Positions 46,896-55,510 of a stretch of DNA of 64,000 nt are shown here, in pieces; the first letter of the stretch is position 1, and each line of letters begins with the position of its first letter. The stretch lies in NCBI GenBank assembly GCA_049322315.1, contig JBMORF010000056.1, positions 11,972 to 75,971 of the forward strand, read 5' to 3'. The notes under the pieces were generated by a model. That model worked only from the letters and a program-made list of their open reading frames with translations. It was not told the DNA's origin and did no database searches. A program made the translations under genes and the position numbers. The DNA is from Thermodesulfobacteriota bacterium. GTDB taxonomy: Bacteria; Desulfobacterota; Desulfobaccia; Desulfobaccales; 0-14-0-80-60-11.

Positions 46896-47300
46896 ATGCA
46901 TCGCAAAGCCAAATTCAGAATCTTTGTCACCCGTCGCGAAGTGCTCTCCGTGGGCGATGTCCCGGACCACACCCTGATGCTCACCGAACTGGAAGGCTAC
47001 CCCGTGGAATACACCCCTGGAGTGGCCGGTGAATTTGTCTACCGCCGCAGTGTGGGTTTCCATGACCGGATTAAGGGCGATGGCCGCATGCACGGTTATG
47101 CCTTTACCGTTTATGAGCACGGCACCGTGTACTCCCGCTTTACCGGGGACAAGCTGGGGGACATGACCAAGGGCAAATGGGAAGTGGACAAAGGCATCGG
47201 TAAATTGGCGGGCCTCAAAGGCGCCGGCACTTTTATCGTCAAGCCTGCGGATAAGCCCGGGGAATTCTTTCTGGAGATGGACGGCGAGTACGAATTATAA
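46896..47300 (+). CDS. hypothetical protein
   Basis: AGGAGG RBS; compositionally normal 134-aa ORF followed by a clear terminator. Confidence 0.6.
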   Translation: MHRKAKFRIFVTRREVLSVGDVPDHTLMLTELEGYPVEYTPGVAGEFVYRRSVGFHDRIKGDGRMHGYAFTVYEHGTVYSRFTGDKLGDMTKGKWEVDKGIGKLAGLKGAGTFIVKPADKPGEFFLEMDGEYEL

Positions 47301-47306
47301 ATTTTT

Positions 47307-47337
47307 GTTCAAGGTTCAAAGTTCAAGGTTCAAAGTT
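47307..47337. repeat. left arm: tandem (caaggttcaaagtt) repeat, inverted partner at 47458-47493
   Basis: gttcaaggttcaaagttcaaggttcaaagtt. Confidence 0.85.
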
Positions 47338-47341
47338 AGGC

Positions 47342-47373
47342 GGGGCGGTTCCCGAACCGCCCCAACGTTTTTT
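47342..47373 (+). terminator. rho-independent terminator
   Basis: ggggcggttc-cc-gaaccgcccc followed by aacgtttttt. Confidence 0.8.
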
Positions 47374-47457
47374 CCCGTGCCGAACTCTATGGAATAGAGA
47401 ATAAAATCAGGGTAAAATTCCTATAATATTTAATAAGGCTTTGATGCATCCCAGAAA

Positions 47458-47493
47458 ACAAACTTTGAACTTTGAACCTTGAACTTTGAACCC
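47458..47493. repeat. right arm: inverted copy of the 47307-47337 tandem repeat
   Basis: acaaactttgaactttgaaccttgaactttgaaccc. Confidence 0.85.
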
Positions 47494-47511
47494 TTCGGAG
47501 AGATAAACCCC

Positions 47512-47877
47512 ATGACCGACCAAACCTGCGCCAAATGCCGCGCCGCCATGGAGCCCGGAGAGGCCCGGGAATATTTAGGCCAAGAACTCTGCGAGGACTG
47601 TTTTCTGGACGCCCTGAGCATCACCAAGACCTGCGACCCCTGGGCGGTGCACACCGCCAAGAGCCTCAAGGACCTCCCGGGGGGGCACACCCTTACCCCT
47701 TTACAGCAGAAGCTTTATGACCTGGTGCTGGAACGGGGAGAAGTGCCCATGTCCGAGGCTGCGGCCCATCTGGGCCTGAACGAAGACGAACTGCGCCGGG
47801 AGTTTGCGCCGCTCCGCCACATGGAGATGCTCCGGGGCTGCAAGAAGGATGACGTCATCCACCTCACCCTGTTTTGA
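47512..47877 (+). CDS. zinc-ribbon plus winged-helix-like small protein upstream of ECF sigma factor
   Basis: CAKC..(17)..CEDC N-terminal ribbon; C-terminal LTPLQQKLYDLVLERGEVPMSEAAAHLGL HTH-like; stop overlaps the sigma factor start. Confidence 0.55.
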   Translation: MTDQTCAKCRAAMEPGEAREYLGQELCEDCFLDALSITKTCDPWAVHTAKSLKDLPGGHTLTPLQQKLYDLVLERGEVPMSEAAAHLGLNEDELRREFAPLRHMEMLRGCKKDDVIHLTLF

Positions 47878-48431
47878 GCTCAGAACCCACCGACCTTGAT
47901 TATGCCTTGCTCCGCCGGGTGGCCCGGGGAGACACCCCGGCCCTGGCGGAACTCATCCGCCGCCACCAGACCCACCTCTATAATTTGGCCTACCGCCTGC
48001 TTAAAGACCCCCTGGACGCGGAAGACGCCCTCCAGGAAGTCTTTATCAAGGTCCATGAACACGCCGCCCGCTTTGAGCCCAAGGCCTCGGTGGGGGCCTG
48101 GCTCAACCGCATCACCGCCAACCACTGCCTGAACATGATCCGGGCGCGGCGCCCCCAGGAATCTCTGGACCAGGAGGACTCCGTGGTGGTGCCGGATACC
48201 GGCGCCAGCCCCCTGGAGGCCCTGGAGGAGCAGGCCCTGGCCCGGCGTCTGGAGGACTTATTAGCCGCGCTTCCGGAAAACCAGCGCCAGGCCCTGGTCC
48301 TGAAACGCTTCGGCGGCCTCTCCTACCAGGAGATCGCCGCGGAAATGGGCCTCAGCCCCCAGGCCGTGGACGGGTTGCTGAAACGGGCCAGACAGACCTT
48401 GAAAAAGGCCCTGCAAGATTACTTGGAATAG
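47874..48431 (+). CDS. ECF-type RNA polymerase sigma-70 family factor
   Basis: Region 2 (LYNLAYRLLKDPLDAEDALQEVFIKV) and region 4 (LVLKRFGGLSYQEIAAEMGLSPQAVDGLLKRAR). Confidence 0.9.
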   Translation: MSSEPTDLDYALLRRVARGDTPALAELIRRHQTHLYNLAYRLLKDPLDAEDALQEVFIKVHEHAARFEPKASVGAWLNRITANHCLNMIRARRPQESLDQEDSVVVPDTGASPLEALEEQALARRLEDLLAALPENQRQALVLKRFGGLSYQEIAAEMGLSPQAVDGLLKRARQTLKKALQDYLE

Positions 48432-48451
48432 AGTATGTGGGAGACTAGGTG

Positions 48452-48485
48452 CCGGTGGCACAAGCTTTCGAGCCTGTGCCACCGG
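48452..48485. terminator. 15-bp-stem hairpin (REP family) between convergent genes
   Basis: ccggtggcacaagct-ttcg-agcctgtgccaccgg, one mismatch. Confidence 0.55.
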
Positions 48486-48519
48486 CCAAACTGGACAGAA
48501 TGAAGCAAAGTGTCTAATG

Positions 48520-49905
48520 TCAATCGCTTATCAACAACATTAACCAAGGTAAAGTTGTTTTCTCAAAGCTGGCTTGGATGGTGTGGTTCACCGTGACGTT
48601 GGTGAAGGTGTAGCTGCGCACAGCGCCGACGGGGACATTGTCCACGAGCACAGATGCCACATGGTACCCACGATTAGGGGTGATGATAAACGTCTGATTG
48701 TCGCCGTCATCGACTGTTATTTGTCCAGAAGGCGAAATGGTACCGTTAGCGTTGGCAGTGGCAGTAATAGTGTGTGGTGATGGGTATTCATATAGCTGCG
48801 CACTGTCCAGCGGTTGAAAGCTTATATTATAATTTTGGCCGCCGGAAATTATTACTTGGCCGTTGGGTAATAGGGAGGCTTCTTGATAGAAGCAGGCTAC
48901 GGGCATAGTCCCGGTAGGGCTCCAGACGCCGGTACTCGGGTCGTAAATTTCGGCACTGGCCACAGCGTGAATGCTGCCGTCATCACATCCTCCGGCGACC
49001 AAGACCTTGCCGTTAGGCAGAAGAGTGGCCGTATGCCAACAGCGAGCGGTTGAAAGAGAACCGGTGTATTCCCAAGTTCCTTTCTGGGGGTCGTAGAGTT
49101 CGGCACTGGCCAACCCTACGCCACCCGCCACAAGCACCTTACCGTTCGGAAGTAGAGTAGCTGTATGAGCAAAGCGAGCCGAGTTGAGTTGTCCGGTATA
49201 AGTCCATGTTTCTGTATTAGGGTCATATAGTTCGACGCTTGATAATGTCCCGCCATTGCCTGAACCGCCCACCACCAGGACCTTGCCGTTAGACAGCAGA
49301 GTGGATGTGTGCGATCCTCGAGCTGAGTTGAGTTGTCCGGTATAAGTCCAATCACCTGTGTTAGGGTCATAGAGTTCAGCACTGGCCAAGATTATTTTAT
49401 CCTCGGAATTGCCACCTCCCGCCACCAGGACCTTGCCGTTGAGCAGAAGAGTGGCCGTATACATCATCCGGCCCTTGTTGAGCGATCCGGTTAAGTTCCA
49501 AACCTTTTGTATCGGGTCATAAAGTTCGGCGCTAGCCAAAGTCTTATAACCGTTATGCCCTCCCGCCACTAGTACCTTGCCATTTAGTAGCAAGGCTGAT
49601 GCGTGCCTAAACCGACCTTCCTTGAGCGACCCGGTTAAGCTCCAAGCCTTTTCGATTGGATCATAAAGTTCAGCACTGGCAAGCCCTACACTTTGATACG
49701 CGCCAGCGGCGGCGAGAACCTTGCCGTTAGAGAGTAAAATGGATGTATGATAAGTCCGTCCCTGGTTGAGGGAGCCGACTTGAGTCCATGTACCTGCGGC
49801 GTAAATTGAAAGGGGTAGAATTAAACATGCTGCTATGAAAATTATGATTATGAAAACTCGCGGATGCGGAAACCTAAAAATATTTAAGATTATTTTCATG
49901 ATCAA
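48520..49905 (-). CDS. Kelch-repeat beta-propeller protein with N-terminal signal anchor and C-terminal beta-sandwich-like repeat domain
   Basis: Seven repeats of ..H(T/S)xxLLxNGKVLVAGG..ASAELYDP..; lower GC than neighbours. Confidence 0.85.
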   Translation of the reverse strand: MIMKIILNIFRFPHPRVFIIIIFIAACLILPLSIYAAGTWTQVGSLNQGRTYHTSILLSNGKVLAAAGAYQSVGLASAELYDPIEKAWSLTGSLKEGRFRHASALLLNGKVLVAGGHNGYKTLASAELYDPIQKVWNLTGSLNKGRMMYTATLLLNGKVLVAGGGNSEDKIILASAELYDPNTGDWTYTGQLNSARGSHTSTLLSNGKVLVVGGSGNGGTLSSVELYDPNTETWTYTGQLNSARFAHTATLLPNGKVLVAGGVGLASAELYDPQKGTWEYTGSLSTARCWHTATLLPNGKVLVAGGCDDGSIHAVASAEIYDPSTGVWSPTGTMPVACFYQEASLLPNGQVIISGGQNYNISFQPLDSAQLYEYPSPHTITATANANGTISPSGQITVDDGDNQTFIITPNRGYHVASVLVDNVPVGAVRSYTFTNVTVNHTIQASFEKTTLPWLMLLISD

Positions 49906-50226
49906 TTATGTCCTAATGCAAAATTTGATTGAATAAAAGCGAACTATAGCAAATTGACGTCAGGATTTGTAATTTTTTTATCGTGAGCGAATTTTTAACA
50001 CCGTACAAAATGTGCCCTTTTTTTCTGGAAATATTTCTTTGGGGGCAAAAAGAAAACTGGACAAAATCACGTGTTTTGTCTAGGTGCAAGAATCGTGATT
50101 TAGATAGGGCACGGGTTTCCGCCCCCCAAAAACTCTAAAAACTGGACAAAACAACATCAACTCCAGAAAACAAAAGCCGGGGGAGGCGGGCAATATGCGC
50201 GGTCCCTGGCCCTTCCCCCCGCAATC

Positions 50227-52170
50227 CTATCCGCCCAAAGCTTCTCTGATAAAGGCCCGGCTCTCCGGGGGGACCGAGGTGAAGTGGATATGGGCCTGGC
50301 GCTCCTCACCGTCCCCGGGTTCCACCAGGGTCACTTTGCCGTAGATTTTCCCGGGTATTTCCCGCCTGTCCGCGTCCAGGAAATGGAGGCGCACGTCTTC
50401 CCAGGCGGCCAGCTCCCCGGTGAAGCGGACCACGGCCGCGGAGTCGCACAACTGGGTAATATCGGCCGCAGCCGTGGCGCCGGTGAGGATTTTGTCCCGG
50501 AGGCGGTAGATCTTCACCGGCAGGCCGGTGGCCAGGGTTCGCAAGGTCTTTTGCCGATCTTGCAGGCGCAGTTGGTACGGCCCATGGATGGCCCGCACCC
50601 CGTAAAGAGTGGCCGGATCCCTCACTCCCTTCATCTCCGCCCGGATGGTGACGCCCACGTCGATTAAATCTTTTACCCGCTGATAAGTGGAGGGGCCGAT
50701 AAGCACCTGGCCCCCCAGGGCGTAAGTCTCGATTCTGGCGGCAAAGTTCACGTCCGCGCCCACCACGCTGTATTTCGTCCGCCTCTCGGAACCGATGTTG
50801 CCCACCACCACCGTGCCGGTATTCACGGCAATACCCATCTCCAGGTGGGGCAGGCCGTCGGCGGCGTTTAAGGCGTTGATCTCCTCCATGGCCCCTTGCA
50901 TGGCCAGGGCGCAGGCCACGGCCTGGGCGGGATGGTCGGCCATGGGCTGGGGCGCGCCGAAAAAGGCCAGGATGCCGTCTCCCATGATCTCATCAATGAC
51001 CGCCTGGTGATCTAAGAGAATCTCGATCATCCGGCTCAAGTAACGGTTCAAAAAGGTGATGATCTGGGCCGGTTCCATCTCCGCGGTGAGGGCCGTAAAG
51101 CCCCGGATGTCCGACATGATGAGGGAGACCTCCCGGGTTTCTCCCCCCAGCTCCAGGGCCTCTTTGTCGTCCAGGAGTTTTTTGGCCACTTCCTGGGTGA
51201 CGTAGCGGCCGAAGGTGTCCCGGACAAAGTCGTGTTTTTCGATATATTCCGTGAGTTGACGGCCCAGGAGGTTAAAGGATTGGGACAACTGGACCAGCTC
51301 TTTGACCCCGGCTTCCGGCACGGTGACGGTCAAATCACCCTCGCCCATTTTTTTCACCCCGTCCCGCAAACGAAAAATGGGGCGGGACAGGGCGCCGGCG
51401 AAAAAGAGTCCGGAAACCCCGGCAATGATGGTGAAGATAATGCCGCCGATGATGCTGACTAACTTGATCTCCCGGTTGACGGCATCGGCGGATGCTTGAA
51501 TGGAGCTATCGGCCCGGGCCATTCTCTCCTGGGAGGCCTTTTTAATTCGGGCCTGAGCCGGGAGAAAGAATTTGTCGATATTCACTGCGGCCACCAGAAA
51601 GAAGGGAGTCCGGGGCACGTGCACCAGGACCATGAACTTTTTCCGGGGCCGGTTTTTTCGGTCCAAGAAGGTGTAATAACCTTTTACTTTAGGGTTGGTA
51701 AAAGCCTCAGAGACCAGACGCCACATCTCCGGGAACTCATCTTGCCATTCCGAGAAGTTCCTCCCTTCCACGTTGGGGTTGGGGTGCAGGATATTAAGGC
51801 CGGTCTTGTCATTTAAGTCAACGTAACCCGCTACCCCCTCCCTCGTCAGGATATCCTGGGTGGCAATGGCCCGGAGGCGTTTATTCCGGCGGAGTTCCTG
51901 ATAGTTATAGGTCTTGCGGCCGCCGATGAGGAAGGAGACTTCCATGGCCGCGGCCTCGGCTTTGGTTTCCACGAGGCGTTCCGCATAGGCGGTCAAGAAT
52001 TCTTCCGCAAGCTGATAGTTGGCCGCGGTCAAGGCTTCCAGGTTGTCCCGGACAATTACCTGGTTCTGCTCCGTGAGCTTGAGGGCGATGTGGTCGAAGA
52101 GCTCGGCCAGGCCCAGGGTCAACAGAATCAGCGCCAGGTAAGAAAGGACCAGGTAGGTGCGAATACTCAT
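50227..52170 (-). CDS. membrane sensor class III adenylate/guanylate cyclase (periplasmic domain - HAMP - CYCc - conserved C-terminal extension), paralog 1
   Basis: ATG 52170 after GGGGGAG; cyclase core VSLIMSDIRGFTAL..IMGDGILAFFGAP..GIAVNTGTVVVGNIGS..KYSVVGADVNFAARIE. Confidence 0.9.
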   Translation of the reverse strand: MSIRTYLVLSYLALILLTLGLAELFDHIALKLTEQNQVIVRDNLEALTAANYQLAEEFLTAYAERLVETKAEAAAMEVSFLIGGRKTYNYQELRRNKRLRAIATQDILTREGVAGYVDLNDKTGLNILHPNPNVEGRNFSEWQDEFPEMWRLVSEAFTNPKVKGYYTFLDRKNRPRKKFMVLVHVPRTPFFLVAAVNIDKFFLPAQARIKKASQERMARADSSIQASADAVNREIKLVSIIGGIIFTIIAGVSGLFFAGALSRPIFRLRDGVKKMGEGDLTVTVPEAGVKELVQLSQSFNLLGRQLTEYIEKHDFVRDTFGRYVTQEVAKKLLDDKEALELGGETREVSLIMSDIRGFTALTAEMEPAQIITFLNRYLSRMIEILLDHQAVIDEIMGDGILAFFGAPQPMADHPAQAVACALAMQGAMEEINALNAADGLPHLEMGIAVNTGTVVVGNIGSERRTKYSVVGADVNFAARIETYALGGQVLIGPSTYQRVKDLIDVGVTIRAEMKGVRDPATLYGVRAIHGPYQLRLQDRQKTLRTLATGLPVKIYRLRDKILTGATAAADITQLCDSAAVVRFTGELAAWEDVRLHFLDADRREIPGKIYGKVTLVEPGDGEERQAHIHFTSVPPESRAFIREALGG

Positions 52171-52231
52171 GGGACACTCCCCCACCGCCGACGGAGCCGG
52201 GTGGCATGGGTATCTGAGATGAGGCGGGAAA

Positions 52232-54421
52232 TCAGGCTTTTGGTTCTCCCCCCAAAGCAGCTAGAATAACCGTCCGGCTCTCCGGGGGCACCGAGGTGAA
52301 GCTGATGTTGGCTTGCTGGAGACCGCCCTCCCCGTCCTCCACCGCGGTCACCTTGCCGTAAATCTTCCCGGGAATTTCTTGGTTGGCGGCGTCCAGCAAA
52401 TGCAGGCGCACGTCTTCCCAGGCTGCCAGAGCCCCGGTATAGCGGACCACGGCGGCGTTGTCCCCCAACCGGATAATCTCGGCCGTAAGGGTGGGGCCGG
52501 TGATGATTTTCTTCTTGATGTGGTAGATATTGACCGCCAGGGGGGCGGCCAGGAGCTGCAGGCTTTCCTGGCGTTCTTTTAGGCGCAGGTTAAAGGGGCC
52601 GTGAATGGCCCGCACTTCGTAGAGGGTGGCCTCCGGGAACCCCTTCATCTGGGCCCGGATGGTCTCTCCCACCTCGACCAAGTCTTGGACCCGCCGGTAG
52701 GTGAAGGGACCGATGAGCACCTGGCCGCCCAGGGCGTAGGATTCGATGCGGCTGGCGAAGTTCACGTCCGCGCCCACGGCGCTGTATTTCGTCCGCCGCT
52801 CGGAGCCGATGTTCCCCACCACCACGGAGCCGGTGTTCACGGCAATACCCATCTCCAGGTGGGGCAGCCCGTCGGCGGCGTTTAAGGCGTTGATCCCCTC
52901 CATGGCCCCCTGCATGGCCAGGGCGCAGGCCACGGCCCGGGCCGGATGGTCTTCCAGGGGTTCGGGCGCGCCGAAAAAGGCCAGGATGCCGTCCCCCATA
53001 ATTTCATCGATCACCGCCTGATACTCCAGGAGGACCTCGATCATTTTCTCCAGGTAGCGGTTAAGAAAGGTAATGACTTGCTCCGGGTCCATATCCGCGG
53101 TTATCGCGGTGAAGCCCCGCAGGTCGGAAAAGAGCAGGGTCACCTCCCGGGTTTCACCCCCCAGAGCCAGGCCTCCTTCGGATTCCAGGAGTCTCTTCAC
53201 CACTTCCTGGGTGACGTAGCGGCCGAAGGTGTCCCGGATGAAATCGCGCTTTTCCATATAATCCGTGAGCTGCTGGCCTAATTCGTTGAACGAATGGGCT
53301 AACTGCTTGATTTCCTTGGCGCCGGCCTCCGGCACGGTCACGGAAAAATCTCCGTGGCCCAGGGCTTGGGTGGTGTCGGCCAGAGTTCTCAAGGGCTTGG
53401 TGACGCCCCGGGACAGCAGGGTGATCACCACCCCTAAAAAAGCCAAACCGATAAGGCCGATGAGGATCAACCGCTGGCTCAGTTGCCGCACGCTGGCGAA
53501 CAATTCATTTTCCGGGAAGATAACCCCCAGGGTCCAGCCGGTGGAGCCCAACGGCGTGAAGTACATCCAGGATTTTTCCCGGGAGACAAAGTCGCTAACC
53601 GCCACAAAGCCATGGCCGCCCCGGATCATTTCCCGGCCGATCCGCCTAAGCTGCGGATCTTTCTCGGCCACGGCCAGACTGAACATACTTTGCCGCATAA
53701 TCAAGTCCTTATTGGGGTGGGTTAAAAGCCGCCCGTTTTGGGAGACGAGAAAGGCGTAGCCGCTCTGAAAAATTTTGACAGAAGCCACCAGCTTTTCCAG
53801 TCCCATCAGGGAAATGTCTGCGGTCACCACCCCCCAGACCTGTTTGCGCCCATCTTTTTCCCGGTAAAAAGGCACGGAGTAAGTGGACATAATGATGTTG
53901 CCGCCCCCTTCGTCATAATAAGGTTCACTCCACAGGGGGCGCTGCAGTTCTTTGGGGATCTGGTACCAGTCCAGATAGAAGTACCGGTAGGTGTCGCTCC
54001 CCAAATAGGTGAGCTTGATCTGGCCCTGATCCCGGTAGACATAGGGGGCGAAATAATACTGCTCGGGGTCACAGGCAAAGGGTTCGAAGGAGACGGAAAT
54101 CCCGTAGATTTCGGGATTGTTGGCCAGGGCCCGGTTAATCAGGCGCAACAGGTCTTTTTGGGAAAAGGGCTGCTCTTCCAGGATGGTGGCCAGCAAGCGG
54201 GGAATCTTTTCCACCCCCTGGAGGGTGATCTCAATTTTATTGCCGGTGGCCAGGGCCAGGTTTTTGGCGTCGTCCACCGCACCGGCCATGATGGCGGCCT
54301 TAGAGTAATAATAGTTATAACTTAGGGCCGCCACAAAGATGATGGCCGTGCTGCAAAGAACAAAGACGGTGAGACGGGTGGCCAACCCGCTATTTTTCAT
54401 CATCCGCCCCACAATCCACAT
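52232..54421 (-). CDS. dCache-HAMP class III cyclase with the same C-terminal extension, paralog 2
   Basis: dCache-like periplasmic region (WYQIPKELQRPLWSEPYYDEGGGNIIMSTYSVPFY), HAMP, cyclase core as above. Confidence 0.9.
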   Translation of the reverse strand: MWIVGRMMKNSGLATRLTVFVLCSTAIIFVAALSYNYYYSKAAIMAGAVDDAKNLALATGNKIEITLQGVEKIPRLLATILEEQPFSQKDLLRLINRALANNPEIYGISVSFEPFACDPEQYYFAPYVYRDQGQIKLTYLGSDTYRYFYLDWYQIPKELQRPLWSEPYYDEGGGNIIMSTYSVPFYREKDGRKQVWGVVTADISLMGLEKLVASVKIFQSGYAFLVSQNGRLLTHPNKDLIMRQSMFSLAVAEKDPQLRRIGREMIRGGHGFVAVSDFVSREKSWMYFTPLGSTGWTLGVIFPENELFASVRQLSQRLILIGLIGLAFLGVVITLLSRGVTKPLRTLADTTQALGHGDFSVTVPEAGAKEIKQLAHSFNELGQQLTDYMEKRDFIRDTFGRYVTQEVVKRLLESEGGLALGGETREVTLLFSDLRGFTAITADMDPEQVITFLNRYLEKMIEVLLEYQAVIDEIMGDGILAFFGAPEPLEDHPARAVACALAMQGAMEGINALNAADGLPHLEMGIAVNTGSVVVGNIGSERRTKYSAVGADVNFASRIESYALGGQVLIGPFTYRRVQDLVEVGETIRAQMKGFPEATLYEVRAIHGPFNLRLKERQESLQLLAAPLAVNIYHIKKKIITGPTLTAEIIRLGDNAAVVRYTGALAAWEDVRLHLLDAANQEIPGKIYGKVTAVEDGEGGLQQANISFTSVPPESRTVILAALGGEPKA

Positions 54422-55370
54422 AAAATTGGGAAAACTCCGGGACCCTCTGGATCAAGCCAAAGTCCTTAAGCTCCCGGGCCACTTGCAGATACGTCTTTTC
54501 CTCCAAGCACCCCAAAGAAACCGTGCCTCCGGGCGGCAGAATGATGTCCTGCATGCGGGCCAGCATCCACGCCTGTTGCGGCCTGTTGGTGGGCAAATTG
54601 GCGGCCTTGACGTACTTCATGACCACATCCAGGGCCTCCTCAGGATGGCTGAAGGCATACTTCCACCCCTCCAGGGAGGCCTGGACAAAATTGACGCACT
54701 GGCGGGGATCTTTCTTAAAAGTGGACTCCAGGCAATAGATGCCGTCTTCGGGAAAATTCAGGCCGTAGTCGGCCAGGAAAAAAGTGGTCAGCTCTTCGGG
54801 ATTAACCCCGGCCTGAATGATCCGATAGTATTCGTTGTACCACATGGCCGAGGCTGCCTGCACGCCACCTCGCAAAAACAGGTTCATGGTGGTTCCTTGT
54901 TGCAGGATTCTGACGGCCAGATGGTTTTGCCGGAAGAAGGCCCGGGGTTGCATTTGAAATTCTTCCCCCCACAGGGCCACCTTCTTGCCGTTCAGGTCTC
55001 CGGGAACCAGGATGCCGCTGGCTTTCTTGGCCACCAGCATGAGGGCCGAGCGTTGCACGATTTGGGCGATATTGAGGAATTTATAGCCCTTAGCCCGTTT
55101 GACGATGGCGGTGTCCAGGAACATGGTGCCGAAATCAGCCTGGCCGCGAGGCAATAGTTCCGAGGGGGGAAAATCCGGCCCCCCTTTAAGGATCTTCACC
55201 TCCAGGCCCCGCTGGCGGTAAAAGCCCTTCTCATAAGCCATATAATAGCCGGCAAACTGGGCCTGGGGCACCCACTGGGGGATGAAGGAGACCGCCTCCC
55301 CGGCCCGGGCCGCCGGGAAGTACGCGGCAATTAGCAGAACAATGAAAAGGAGCAAAAAAATCTTACGCAT
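54390..55370 (-). CDS. NMT1/THI5-like (NitT/TauT-type) periplasmic substrate-binding protein
   Basis: ATG 55370; signal MRKIFLLLFIVLLIAAYFPAARA; FIPQWVPQAQFAGYYMAYEKGFY. Confidence 0.75.
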   Translation of the reverse strand: MRKIFLLLFIVLLIAAYFPAARAGEAVSFIPQWVPQAQFAGYYMAYEKGFYRQRGLEVKILKGGPDFPPSELLPRGQADFGTMFLDTAIVKRAKGYKFLNIAQIVQRSALMLVAKKASGILVPGDLNGKKVALWGEEFQMQPRAFFRQNHLAVRILQQGTTMNLFLRGGVQAASAMWYNEYYRIIQAGVNPEELTTFFLADYGLNFPEDGIYCLESTFKKDPRQCVNFVQASLEGWKYAFSHPEEALDVVMKYVKAANLPTNRPQQAWMLARMQDIILPPGGTVSLGCLEEKTYLQVARELKDFGLIQRVPEFSQFYVDCGADDEK

Positions 55371-55510
55371 GGCCCTGGTTCGGAGAATAGCTCTCTTTAT
55401 CAAGATCGTCAATGGGGGGAAATCCTTTGCTGCATCGATATTTAAGAAAAGGAGGGCCGGGGGGGCTTTGGCGCTAACCCCTTTTCCCCGCCAGACCCAT
55501 CCTCCTGGAA

